28,801 bases of DNA from Candidatus Peribacteraceae bacterium (GCA_018061525.1 JAGOUB010000001.1:1-28801); one strand, 5' to 3'. Positions 7,234 to 16,567 are shown, counted from the first letter of the stretch. Translations and numbers: made by a program. Notes: a model not told the origin generated them from the sequence alone.

Positions 7234-8637
7234 ATGCTTACCGCCACCCGCCCCTTCTCCCTCATCATCTTCGGCGCCTCCGGGCACCTGGCGAAGATCA
7301 AGATCTATCCGGCGCTCTACGTCCTCTTCTTGAAGAAACGCCTGCCGGCGTCGTTCTCCATCGTGGGTTACGCGCGCACAGCCATGGATACGGGCGCTTT
7401 CCGCGCACTCGTCGGCGAGGCGGTGAGGGCCGACCTCGAAGAGGTGAATGCCACGTTGTTGGAGGAGTTCCTGAGCCACGTCCACTACCGCGCCGGCCAG
7501 TACGACAAGGTCGATGACTTCCAGGCGCTCGCCGCGCAGCTCACTGAACTTGAAGGTAACGAGGCTGCCGTTCGCCTGGCGTACCTCTCCATCCCGCCCG
7601 ATGTTTTCGGCGCCGTACTCGAGAACCTCTCGGCCGGCGGGGTCCGCAATACCGACTTCCGCTGCATCCTCGAGAAGCCTGTGGGCTACAACCTGGCGAG
7701 TTTCAAGGTCTTGAAGAAGCAGCTCATGGATTCCTTTAAGGAGTCCGAGATCTACCTGCTCGACCACTACCTGGGCAAAGAGGCCGTCCGTAACCTCTAC
7801 TACCTGCGCAGCGGTAATCCCATCTTCGAGCGCGTCTTCGACCATGAGCTCATGCACCACGTCGAGGTGGCGGCCATCGAGTCGGCGGGCATCAGCAGCC
7901 GCGCCGGCTATTTCGACAAATCCGGCACGCTGCGCGACATGGTCCAGAGCCACCTGCTCATGGCCCTCTCGCTGCTCACCATGCGCCTGGGCGGCGAGGA
8001 CGACATCCAGGCCGGCCGCTACGCCGCGCTCAAGGAGTGGTCCGTGGCCGAGGGGCCGCTCTCGGAGGTGATCGTGCAGGGGCAGTACGAGGGTTACGCG
8101 CAGGAGAAGGACGTCGCCGCCGGCTCGCGCTCCAACACCTACGTGGCCCTACGCCTGCAGAGCCGCTGCGAGCGCTACAAGGGCATTCCCTTCGTGATCA
8201 AGACGGGCAAGAAGCTCGACCGCAAAGAGACGCGCATTTCGGTGCAGTTCAAGCCCGCCAGCAACGCCCTCGTCGGCAACGCGCCCAACCAGCTCGACGT
8301 CATCCTCCAGGGCGAAGCCGGCCTCAAGCTCCATCTGCAAACCAAGCTCGGCGGCAGCGAGCCTGCCTTCCGTCCGCTCGTGCTGGCCGACCCGCTCGTC
8401 TGCGTGGGCGACTGCCTGCCCGAGCACGGTCTGCTCCTGCTTGAGGCCATCAACGGCATCCGCCGCTGGTTCCTCACGTTCGAAGAGGTGGAAGCCTCGT
8501 GGGCGCTGGTCGATCCGCTGCAGACCCACCTGGACGATCCCCAGACTCCGCTCGTCTCTTATCCCGCCGGTTCTCGCGGTCCCGCCCAGGCCGACGCTTG
8601 GATCGCCGGCCACGGCTTAGGCTGGCTCGCCTGCTGA
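7234..8637 (+). CDS. zwf: Glucose-6-phosphate 1-dehydrogenase
   Basis: IIFGASGHLAK, EKPVG, DHYLGKE, AGYFDKSGTLRDMVQSHLL, GIPFVIKTGK. Confidence 0.95.
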   Translation: MLTATRPFSLIIFGASGHLAKIKIYPALYVLFLKKRLPASFSIVGYARTAMDTGAFRALVGEAVRADLEEVNATLLEEFLSHVHYRAGQYDKVDDFQALAAQLTELEGNEAAVRLAYLSIPPDVFGAVLENLSAGGVRNTDFRCILEKPVGYNLASFKVLKKQLMDSFKESEIYLLDHYLGKEAVRNLYYLRSGNPIFERVFDHELMHHVEVAAIESAGISSRAGYFDKSGTLRDMVQSHLLMALSLLTMRLGGEDDIQAGRYAALKEWSVAEGPLSEVIVQGQYEGYAQEKDVAAGSRSNTYVALRLQSRCERYKGIPFVIKTGKKLDRKETRISVQFKPASNALVGNAPNQLDVILQGEAGLKLHLQTKLGGSEPAFRPLVLADPLVCVGDCLPEHGLLLLEAINGIRRWFLTFEEVEASWALVDPLQTHLDDPQTPLVSYPAGSRGPAQADAWIAGHGLGWLAC

Positions 8638-8645
8638 CCAGATCT

Positions 8646-9341
8646 ATGAGTATCTCCCCCTTGATCATCGCCCCCGACCACGAGCAATTCGTGGAAGACG
8701 CCGCTGCCCTCATCGCCGCCGCCATCCGCGGTGCCATCGACGAGCGTGATCGCTGCACCATCGCCCTCTCCGGCGGCTCCACGCCCGGTCCCGTCTACAC
8801 GCGCCTGGCTGGCCTGCCCAACATCGACTGGTCCAAGGTGATCATCATGCTGGCCGATGAGCGCTGCGTGCCCATGACCAGTGCCGAGAGTACGCAGGGC
8901 ATGATCATCGAGACCCTGATCAAGCGCCTGCCTGTCCGTCCGTTGCGCTTCGTGGTGCCCGATACCCGCCTGGATCCCGAGCCCGGCGCCGAGGACTACG
9001 CGCTCCAGGTGGAAGACGTCCTCGACGTCGATCCGCTCGATTGCTGCGTGCTTGGCATGGGCGACGATGGTCACATTGCCTCGCTCTTCCCGCCACTCAG
9101 CGAGCTCGCCCAGAGCGCGCTCACGGCCTTCCACGCCGAACAGGAGATGTTCGCCGTCCGCGACCGTATCAGCCTAACGCTGCCCGTGCTCGCCTCAGCC
9201 CGCTCACCGTTGCTGCTGCTCTCAGGTGCCAAGAAGAAGGCCGCCTGGGACGAAATGCGCGCCTCGCCCGAGGGCCAAGAGCGCTGGCCGTTCAAGGCCG
9301 TGCTGGCCGGACGCAAGGCCCGCGTGGTCGCGCAGTGGTGA
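8646..9341 (+). CDS. pgl: 6-phosphogluconolactonase
   Basis: IALSGGSTP, DERCVP, LGMGDDGHIASLFP, RISLTLPVL. Starts 8 nt after zwf. Confidence 0.93.
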   Translation: MSISPLIIAPDHEQFVEDAAALIAAAIRGAIDERDRCTIALSGGSTPGPVYTRLAGLPNIDWSKVIIMLADERCVPMTSAESTQGMIIETLIKRLPVRPLRFVVPDTRLDPEPGAEDYALQVEDVLDVDPLDCCVLGMGDDGHIASLFPPLSELAQSALTAFHAEQEMFAVRDRISLTLPVLASARSPLLLLSGAKKKAAWDEMRASPEGQERWPFKAVLAGRKARVVAQW

Positions 9342-9362
9342 CGCGGGCCCGGTCCGGTGTGA

Positions 9363-9770
9363 TCACATCATGTTCTTCGGCTGCAGCGTGCTGCAGCGGT
9401 TGCCTTCGCTGTCGATGAACGACACGAACATCCCGATGCCCGGGATCTCCATGGGCTCGCCGAGCACCTTGCCGCCTGCCGCCGTGATGTCTTTGACCGT
9501 GGCGTTGATGTCGCGCGTGGCGATCACCAGCGACGGGTGCTGGGCCGCGTCGTCGGCCGGCGGCGAGAAGAAGCCGCCGTTGATCGCGCCGGGCGTCTTG
9601 ATCATGCGCTGCTCATCCGTCTCGGTGGTGGTGACGGTCATGTAGTCGCCCATCTCCGGGCCGAGCTGCTTGGTCTCCCAGCCGAAGACGTTCTGGTAGA
9701 ACTCCGCCATGCGCTTGCGGTCCTTGGCCGGCATCTCAAAGTGCACGACGGGATGCATGTCTTTCTTCAT
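9363..9770 (-). CDS. VOC (glyoxalase/bleomycin resistance) family protein
   Basis: VVHFEMPA.D..R...FY..VFGW, GAINGGF, AGGKVLGEPMEIPGIG.FVSFIDSEGNR. Confidence 0.9.
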   Translation of the reverse strand: MKKDMHPVVHFEMPAKDRKRMAEFYQNVFGWETKQLGPEMGDYMTVTTTETDEQRMIKTPGAINGGFFSPPADDAAQHPSLVIATRDINATVKDITAAGGKVLGEPMEIPGIGMFVSFIDSEGNRCSTLQPKNMM

Positions 9771-9853
9771 GGATTCTGGGGGAAAAGAATACGGCTTCTT
9801 CGGACGATACCCGCCGCTCGCAGCGGCTCAAGCGAAAAGACAAGCTCTTCGGA

Positions 9854-10249
9854 TCAGGCCTCCGGCTCGCTCCAGGCCAAGTCTTTCAGGTGCTGCGTCA
9901 CGCGGCCGCCCTCCACGCAGAGCAGGTCGAGGCGGTAGCCGATCTCGCCCAGCCGCTCACGCTCCATCCAGGTGCGCGCCGCCCGGCTCATGGCCGCGCG
10001 CTTGCGGGGCGTCACGTTGATCGCGGGGTCGTAACCGCTGCGCTGGCGAGCCTTCACCTCGATGAACGCCAGCACGCGGTCGGTGGGGTCGTAGGCGAGC
10101 AGGTCGATCTCGTCGCGATCGACGCGCACGTTGCGGTCGAGGACGCGGTAGCCGAGCAGGCGGATACGCCGCTCCGCCACTACTTCACCCTCGCGTCCCA
10201 CGACCGCCGAGTTGTTGCCTCCTGCCAAGCGATTGAGCCAGTTCTGCAT
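9854..10249 (-). CDS. yraN: YraN (UPF0102) PD-(D/E)XK nuclease
   Basis: G.EGE..A...GYRVLDRN.R....EIDL......LAFIEVKAR, YRLDLL. ATG 10249 has GGAAGG 7 nt upstream. Confidence 0.9.
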   Translation of the reverse strand: MQNWLNRLAGGNNSAVVGREGEVVAERRIRLLGYRVLDRNVRVDRDEIDLLAYDPTDRVLAFIEVKARQRSGYDPAINVTPRKRAAMSRAARTWMERERLGEIGYRLDLLCVEGGRVTQHLKDLAWSEPEA

Positions 10250-10349
10250 GTGCACACCTTCCCACAGAGGTGTCTATTCGTCCACCACATCCACTCGACA
10301 GGGAAGCCAAAGGTATGGTGTACTTTCGTTCACTTCCTCCTCTCCCCCA

Positions 10350-11846
10350 ATGCTCACCAAGCTCTTCTCCTTCGCCAACGTCGGCCTGGCCGGCGAACGC
10401 GTCACCGTCGAGGTCGGCTCGGCGCTCGGCGAGTCGCAGATCGTCATTGTCGGCCTCGGCGACACGGCTGTGCAGGAGAGTAAGCAGCGCGTGAAGATGG
10501 CCATCCGTTCGAGCGGCTTCAAGCTTCCCAGTGGCCGCTCCGTCACCATCAACCTCGCCCCCGCCGACTTAAAGAAAGTCGGCCCGCGTTACGACCTGCC
10601 GATCGCGCTCGGACTTCTCATGGCGCACGACCTGATCGACGTGGACGAGAAGCTGCTGTCATCCACCGCTTTCATCGGTGAGCTCGCGCTCGACGGCGGC
10701 CTGCGCCACGTCAGCGCCGTGCTGCCCGCGGCCATCGGCTGCCGCGAGTCGGGACTCAACCGCATCGTCGTGCCGGCCGCCAACGGTCCCGAGGCCGCGC
10801 TCGTCCCTGGCCTGGAGGTGGTCGCGGTCGAGACGCTCGGCGAATTGGTGGAGGTGCTCACGGGCAAGCGCGTGCCGGTCGTGGTCACGCCGCCCGCCGC
10901 GGCCGCCGGCTATGACGCCGGCATCGACTTTGCCGATATCCGCGGCCAGGAGCAGGCCAAACGCGCCCTCGAGATCGCGGCCGCCGGCGGCCATAACGTG
11001 CTGCTCAGCGGCGCGCCCGGCTCCGGCAAGACGCTGCTCGCCAAGGCGCTGCGCGGCATTTTGCCGCCGCTGTCCCAAGAGGAATCCATCGAGGTCTCAC
11101 GCATCTACTCCGTCGCCAACCTGCTTCCCTCCGACCGGCCGCTCCTCACCGAGCGCCCGTTCCGCTCGGTGCACCACACCGCCAGCGGCGTCTCCATCGT
11201 GGGCGGCGGGCAGATCCCCGGCCCGGGCGAGATCAGCCTGGCGCACCGCGGTGTGCTCTTCTTGGATGAAGTGATCGAGTTCCCGGTGCAGGTGCTGGAG
11301 GTGCTGCGCCAGCCGCTGGAAGAGCGCACGGTCACCATCACGCGTGCCCAGGGTTCCGTCGCCTTCCCGGCCGACTTCCTGCTGGTGGCCGCCATGAACC
11401 CGCCGGACCAGGTGGGCCTTACCGGCCGCCGCACCAAGCGTGCCCTCTCGGCGCCGCTCATGGACCGCATCGACCTGACTGTCGACGTGCGCCCAGTCCC
11501 AATCGGCGAGCTGCAGGGCCGCCCGGCCATGGCTGAAAGCACCATCCAAATCCGCGCCCGCGTGTCCGCCGCGCGCGACCGCCAGCTCAAGCGCCTGGCC
11601 GCGAGCGGCATCCGTACCAACAAGGAGATGAACATCCGCCAGCTGCAGGAGCTCTGCCCGCTCTCGCCGGCCTGTGAACAACTGCTCAAGACCGCCGCCG
11701 AGCGCCTCAAGCTCTCGGCCCGCAGCTACCACCGCACCATCAAGGTGGCACGCACCATCGCCGATCTGGAGGACAGTGACGACATCGCCCCGGGTCATGT
11801 CGCCGAGGCTCTGCAGTACCGTCATGCCGCCCAAATGGATGCCTAA
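10350..11846 (+). CDS. comM: YifB/ComM Mg-chelatase-like AAA+ helicase
   Basis: IVGLGDTAVQES, INLAPADLKK.G..YDLPIALG, GHNVLLSGAPGSGKT, HHTAS, PGEISLAHRGVLFLDE, DRID, LSARSYHR..KVARTIADL. Confidence 0.93.
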   Translation: MLTKLFSFANVGLAGERVTVEVGSALGESQIVIVGLGDTAVQESKQRVKMAIRSSGFKLPSGRSVTINLAPADLKKVGPRYDLPIALGLLMAHDLIDVDEKLLSSTAFIGELALDGGLRHVSAVLPAAIGCRESGLNRIVVPAANGPEAALVPGLEVVAVETLGELVEVLTGKRVPVVVTPPAAAAGYDAGIDFADIRGQEQAKRALEIAAAGGHNVLLSGAPGSGKTLLAKALRGILPPLSQEESIEVSRIYSVANLLPSDRPLLTERPFRSVHHTASGVSIVGGGQIPGPGEISLAHRGVLFLDEVIEFPVQVLEVLRQPLEERTVTITRAQGSVAFPADFLLVAAMNPPDQVGLTGRRTKRALSAPLMDRIDLTVDVRPVPIGELQGRPAMAESTIQIRARVSAARDRQLKRLAASGIRTNKEMNIRQLQELCPLSPACEQLLKTAAERLKLSARSYHRTIKVARTIADLEDSDDIAPGHVAEALQYRHAAQMDA

Positions 11847-11933
11847 TGGGTATGGGTTTTTCGTCTGCCGCGAATCGCCTCAGCAAGCCCTCCTTATTTG
11901 ACGGTTTACGGGGATGGTCTCTAGTCTGCGCGC

Positions 11934-12899
11934 ATGCGCCTCCCCCGCCTCTCCCTCCTGTCTTTGTCCGTGGCCGTGCTTGTGCCGGCTCTTACCTTCG
12001 CCGCTCCGGCTGTGTCGCTTAGCGACCTACTGATGCGCTTCACGGCCGATGCCGGCCCGCGCCAGTTCTCGCTCCAGGCGACCATCGCCGAGTCGCCGTT
12101 GGGCTCCGCCACCTCCGTCTCCGTCCGCGGCAAGATGCAGGGCGCCGGCGCCGATGCGATCGCGCACGGCATCGTCTCCATCGCCTCCGAGGGCAAGACC
12201 ATGCGTCTGCGCATGGCCATGCTCGAGCAGACGCTCTACCTCAAACTCTCCAAGGCCGGCGATTCCGAAGACGCGCTCGGCGTGGAGGATGAGCTCGGCG
12301 TCGATCCGTGGATCATGGTCGACCTCGGCGAGGGCGCCGAGATGCTGCCTGCTTCGGCCTCGGACCTCTCTATTGTCGATACCTTCTTCGCCATCCAGTC
12401 CGCCGTCTCCGACGGTAAGGGCGGCACGACCTACACCGTCGGCCTCGTCCCGCGCCCGGCGCTCGCCTTCTCGCAGCTCGTGGGCGGCGAGTGGTCCATG
12501 TTCGGCGAGACAGAGGACACGCTCGACCTGCGCCGCGCCGACGGTTGGATCCGCGACGCCGTGACGGTCGTCTTCCATCTGCAGGAGACATCCGCCGGCC
12601 GCCTGGGAGCCGCCGACTTCTCCGTGTCCGTCGCCGATGGCGATCTGGGCAGCTTCTCCGTCTCCGGCTCGTCCTCGCCGCTGGCCCAGTCCTTTACGCT
12701 CGTGAAGCCGCTTCTCACCGTCCCGCTCGAAGAGGTCTTGGCTGACGAGAGCCTGGGCGGCGACTGGTCCGATCTCCTCGGCAGCGCCGAGCTCTTCGCC
12801 TCTGTGCCCGAGTCCACGCCCGAGGGCTGCACCTCCGGCGACGTCCGCCGCGGCACCTGCCCGGCCGAGTACCAGAGCCGCCGCCAGCTCGGGAACTGA
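11934..12899 (+). CDS. Secreted hypothetical protein (beta-rich, possible LppX/LolA-like fold)
   Basis: Signal peptide, a TLYLK...WIMVDL pattern and a C-terminal two-Cys tail. TTGACG-18-TAGTCT promoter ends 6 nt before the ATG. Confidence 0.7.
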   Translation: MRLPRLSLLSLSVAVLVPALTFAAPAVSLSDLLMRFTADAGPRQFSLQATIAESPLGSATSVSVRGKMQGAGADAIAHGIVSIASEGKTMRLRMAMLEQTLYLKLSKAGDSEDALGVEDELGVDPWIMVDLGEGAEMLPASASDLSIVDTFFAIQSAVSDGKGGTTYTVGLVPRPALAFSQLVGGEWSMFGETEDTLDLRRADGWIRDAVTVVFHLQETSAGRLGAADFSVSVADGDLGSFSVSGSSSPLAQSFTLVKPLLTVPLEEVLADESLGGDWSDLLGSAELFASVPESTPEGCTSGDVRRGTCPAEYQSRRQLGN

Positions 12900-12918
12900 T
12901 CCTTCTTCGCCTCCCAAC

Positions 12919-12947
12919 AAAAGAGCCCCGGTGACCGGGGCTCTTTT
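12919..12947. terminator. Bidirectional intrinsic terminator
   Basis: AAAAGAGCCCCGG-tga-CCGGGGCTCTTTT between convergent genes. Confidence 0.9.
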
Positions 12948-12968
12948 CGTAGTGATGAGGAAGCGCGC

Positions 12969-14588
12969 TCAGTCCAGCCAAGGACCGGCCGGGAGCGACG
13001 GTAGGTCGACCCAGCGGAAGTGGCCGACGCCGTCGGTCCACTCGATGTCGCCCAGGTCCGTCAGGCTGCCGGGCAGCGTGAGTGAGACCTGCAGCGAGGG
13101 CGTGGAGCCCACGGGGATGGTGATGTCGGCGAAGACCGAGACCTCGCGCATGGAGCCGACGACGTCCTGGCGGCCCTCGGGCAGCGGGCAGGTGAGCAGT
13201 GTCGGGTTGCTGGAGCTGCGCGAGCAGCTCGTCTCCTGGTTGTCAGCCAGCTTCAGGCCGATGTTCGCCAGGTCCACATTGGCTGTGGCCAGATGGAGCT
13301 GCAGCGAGGTGATGGAGAGCTCAGCGTCGGGCAGCGACTCGCCCGCGAAGGCGAAGCGTCCGATCTCGCGCTTCTTGCCGGCCGCCAGCGCGCCGTCGGG
13401 CATGGTGTTCTGCACCGAGGTGATGCGGGCGAAGGCGGTCTGGCTCGGGGGCTGCACCGGCTTGTCCGACTGCACCATCGCCGAGTCGCCGTTCGTGGTG
13501 CTCGTGATCGTCACGTAGAAAGCCTGCACCAGCACAAACTCCTCGCTCACGCCGCCGTTGTCGGCGGGCTTGAGGTCTAGCACCACGCCGAGCTTGGCCT
13601 TCTGGTTGGCGGCGACCGTCAGCATTTCGCCGTCGTCGGTGCCGCGCCAAATCTTGCGCTTACCCGGCTCGTCGGCCTGGCGCTGCAGCGTAAAGAGCGG
13701 CTGGCCCAAGGCGTCCACGATCGTCACACCCTGCACGCTCGTCAGCTCGCGATCGAAGCGCACCTCGGCACCCTGCACGCGCACCTCCGTGTCGCTGCCG
13801 AAGTTGCCCTCGGCCACGGGCTGCGTCATTTGTCCCAACAGGAGCAGGCGGCTCTTGGCCTCCCAACCGGTCGACGAGCTGCTGCTCGACGAGGACGAGC
13901 TCACGCTGGAGCTGCTCGACGAACTGCTGCTGGAAGTCGAAGAAGAGGAAGAGCTGCTCGGAGGCGTCCAGTCGCCGGCTTCGGCGTCGCGGTAGTCATC
14001 CAGCTCGCCTTCGCTCTCGGCCCAGAAGCCGGCGGCCAAGCGGGCCATCTCGCCGCGCGTCAGGCTGTGGTCGTAGGCGGTCGAGCCCGGCAGCGTTGTG
14101 CCGCGGGCGCGCGCCGCGGAGGCGTAGCGCAGGTACCACTCGCCGCCGCTCGGCTGCACGTCGTAGTCGAAGAGCAGTGTCATCATCTTAAGAGCCTCGG
14201 CGTAGTTCACCGGGTTGGCCGGGCGGAAAGTGCCGTCGGGGTTGCCGGCGACGATGCCGAGCGCCTTAGCCGTGCAGACTGCGGCCGAGAACCAATCCGA
14301 CGCACGCACATCGGGGAAGCAGTTGGCGGCCGCGCCGGCATCAACGCCACCCTTCAGGCGCATCACGATCGCCGTGAACTCGGCGCGGTTCAGCGTGCGG
14401 CTGGGGCGGAAGGTGCCGTCGGGGTTTCCCTCCAGCACGCCCTCGCGCGTCAGCAGGCTGATGCCTACCGACTGCGGTAGGTTGAACGGTCCGTCTTCGT
14501 ACTGGCCGGAGATGTCCGAGAAATCGAGCGCGGCGCTGGCCGTGAGCGGCAGCAGTGCGAGCGCCAAGGTGGAGATGAGGCGTTTCAT
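12969..14588 (-). CDS. S-layer homology (SLH) domain surface protein with a poly-Ser linker and beta-rich C-terminal domains
   Basis: Signal peptide. SLH repeats EGNPDGTFRPSRTLNRAE, FPDV...DWF.....GIVAGNPDGTFRPANPVNYAEA, LTRGEMA. Ser run at about 13872-13958. Confidence 0.9.
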   Translation of the reverse strand: MKRLISTLALALLPLTASAALDFSDISGQYEDGPFNLPQSVGISLLTREGVLEGNPDGTFRPSRTLNRAEFTAIVMRLKGGVDAGAAANCFPDVRASDWFSAAVCTAKALGIVAGNPDGTFRPANPVNYAEALKMMTLLFDYDVQPSGGEWYLRYASAARARGTTLPGSTAYDHSLTRGEMARLAAGFWAESEGELDDYRDAEAGDWTPPSSSSSSSTSSSSSSSSSSVSSSSSSSSSSTGWEAKSRLLLLGQMTQPVAEGNFGSDTEVRVQGAEVRFDRELTSVQGVTIVDALGQPLFTLQRQADEPGKRKIWRGTDDGEMLTVAANQKAKLGVVLDLKPADNGGVSEEFVLVQAFYVTITSTTNGDSAMVQSDKPVQPPSQTAFARITSVQNTMPDGALAAGKKREIGRFAFAGESLPDAELSITSLQLHLATANVDLANIGLKLADNQETSCSRSSSNPTLLTCPLPEGRQDVVGSMREVSVFADITIPVGSTPSLQVSLTLPGSLTDLGDIEWTDGVGHFRWVDLPSLPAGPWLD

Positions 14589-14635
14589 AGTGGGGTCACT
14601 CTAGCACGACGCGCGACCGTCCTCTTCCTGACACG

Positions 14636-14665
14636 AAAAACCCCCGGTTTCCCGAGGGTCTTTTT
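14636..14665 (-). terminator. Intrinsic terminator after the pilin gene
   Basis: Minus strand GACCCTCGG-gaaa-CCGGGGG followed by TTTTT, flanked by A/T runs on both sides. Confidence 0.75.
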
Positions 14666-14686
14666 AGAGGAGAGGCGAATGTGCGT

Positions 14687-15130
14687 TCAGCGCGAGACCG
14701 AGACGGACGCGCCGCCCTCGGCCTGGGGAGCGGCCACCGTCAGGCGGTTGCCCGCATCCACCGAGATGACGTAGAGCGTGCCGGTGCCCACCGTGGGCGC
14801 GAGCGGGTCAAAGGGGATGGCGGGCAGGTACTTGCCGTCCTTGGTGAGGGCCGTCAGGTCGATGCCGTTCTTGCACGACTCGGCACCCGTCTTGCAGATG
14901 CCCTTGGGCGTCACCGCCACGCCGGCGGGCAGGGCCTTGGTGTCGGCGTAGTACTGGTAGACGGCGCCGAGGATCTGGTTCACGTCCTTGGTGCGCTGCA
15001 TATTGCGCACCTGGTCGATCTGCTTGGCCGGGTTCACGGCCACAATGACGATCAGGGCGAGGATGCCGATGATGCCGACGACGAGCAGGAGCTCGATCAG
15101 GCTGAAGCCCGGGCGGGAGCGGAGGGACAT
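14687..15130 (-). CDS. Type IV pilin / prepilin-type N-terminal methylation protein
   Basis: RSRPG|FSLIELLLVVGIIGILA class III signal, AVNPAKQ, a Cys pair and YLPAIPFDP. Confidence 0.92.
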   Translation of the reverse strand: MSLRSRPGFSLIELLLVVGIIGILALIVIVAVNPAKQIDQVRNMQRTKDVNQILGAVYQYYADTKALPAGVAVTPKGICKTGAESCKNGIDLTALTKDGKYLPAIPFDPLAPTVGTGTLYVISVDAGNRLTVAAPQAEGGASVSVSR

Positions 15131-15251
15131 GGCGGGAGGGGGAAGGAGGAAGTGCGATCCGGACACGGATCGGGTCGCGCACAAGTATACGACCGCACGT
15201 CGTCGCTTCGCCTTGACCGTACCGGTGCGCGATGACGCCTTGATCGCCGCC

Positions 15252-16430
15252 TTACTCCGCTTTCCAGCGGATGACGAACGCGTCGGCACCCGTGCCCGTG
15301 CGGCTCATGAGCAGCACCGAGCGGCGGTCTGGTGCGATCACGGCCTCGTCGCCGGCGGCTCCATCGTTGGTCATGCCGTCGTGCAGATCGCCCGTGGCGG
15401 CCGAGTCCGCTTCCACACTCTCAATGGTCGCGCCCGCCAGCGTCACGCGCAGGTCGGCGATGGCCGTGCCCCGGCCCGAGCCGGCGTGCGTCACCTTGAG
15501 CGTGCGCGCCGCCCCCTGCCGCTGCACCGAGACGCCTGCGCCGTTCGACATGCCGGCGTCGTTCACGGGCTGGCCCTCCTCTGTGAGGTGGATCCACTCA
15601 TGGTCGGCGCGCGGCGTGCCCACTGCACCCACGCGCACCCGGCGCTCCGCTTGGCCGGCGCGATCCTCCAAGCGCTCAAAGCCGATGCTCGCACGCGGCG
15701 TACTGCCCTCCTCTTGTCCGCAAACGCCGGCGGGCTGGCCGACATGCAGCAACACCGTGGCGTGGCGCCAGTCGGCATTGCTCGCGTTGGTGTCGTTCAA
15801 GTAGGTGACGAGCAGGAGGTCGTGCGCGCCGATGCGGACGTGGCCGTCGCGGGCGTACTCGCCGAGATCGCCGACGAGCCCGCCGCTGCCGGGTAGGCGG
15901 TCGCCGTTTTGGAGCAGGCGCACGCGCGTGCCGACTGTGGTTTCGGAGCGGGCGTAGGTCGAGCCGTCGTTGGCCTGCACTTTCACTTCCACCGTTGCGC
16001 CGGCTGGCAGCGTGGCGAGCGTGCGGTCATCGGCCTGGGTGGCCGCACCGCGCCGGCCGCGCAGGGCCTTGCCGCCAAAGAGCGGGCGCCACGGCCCGCC
16101 GTCCACGCTGGCGCTGAGCGTCACCGGCACCGTCGTGGCGCCGTAGGCGATCTCGCTGCCCAGCACGTACGCTGCCAACGAACCACTGGCCGTCAGGCGG
16201 ATCGTGCCGTCATCCAGTGTGAAGCGGTCGAGGCAGGTGCCGCTGCCGCTGTCCTCTTCTACTGCCATACGGCTGCTCGTCGAGGAGGTGCCGGATGCCT
16301 TCTCGCCGTCGGTGGGCACCGAGAGTGCGCGCCAGAGCGGCACGGCGGTGCCGAGGGTGACGGCGACGATGCCGATTGTGAGGACGATCTCGGTCCTTGA
16401 GATCGCGCGGCGGAGGGAGGGGCGAGGCAT
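15252..16430 (-). CDS. Large pilin-like or membrane-anchored surface protein with an atypical class III signal
   Basis: LRRA|ISRTEIVLTIGIVAV has Glu at +5 and a hydrophobic helix, followed by about 350 aa of beta-rich, Gly/Thr-rich sequence. Confidence 0.65.
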   Translation of the reverse strand: MPRPSLRRAISRTEIVLTIGIVAVTLGTAVPLWRALSVPTDGEKASGTSSTSSRMAVEEDSGSGTCLDRFTLDDGTIRLTASGSLAAYVLGSEIAYGATTVPVTLSASVDGGPWRPLFGGKALRGRRGAATQADDRTLATLPAGATVEVKVQANDGSTYARSETTVGTRVRLLQNGDRLPGSGGLVGDLGEYARDGHVRIGAHDLLLVTYLNDTNASNADWRHATVLLHVGQPAGVCGQEEGSTPRASIGFERLEDRAGQAERRVRVGAVGTPRADHEWIHLTEEGQPVNDAGMSNGAGVSVQRQGAARTLKVTHAGSGRGTAIADLRVTLAGATIESVEADSAATGDLHDGMTNDGAAGDEAVIAPDRRSVLLMSRTGTGADAFVIRWKAE

Positions 16431-16539
16431 GGGTGTGGGTTTCTTCTCAGTATAGAGCCAAATGGTTCTTTCTTCTAGGCAACGACCCCATCAAAAGAGG
16501 CGCCGGTCAATGGCGACGGACAGGTTTGTAAAAAGATGC

Positions 16540-16567
16540 TTGACTCCAATTTCCCACTGGGTAGGAT
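16540..16567 (+). promoter_or_regulatory. rRNA promoter
   Basis: TTGACT-16 nt-TAGGAT, then a leader hairpin and a boxA-like GCTCATTCACAAC at 16614-16626. Confidence 0.7.
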
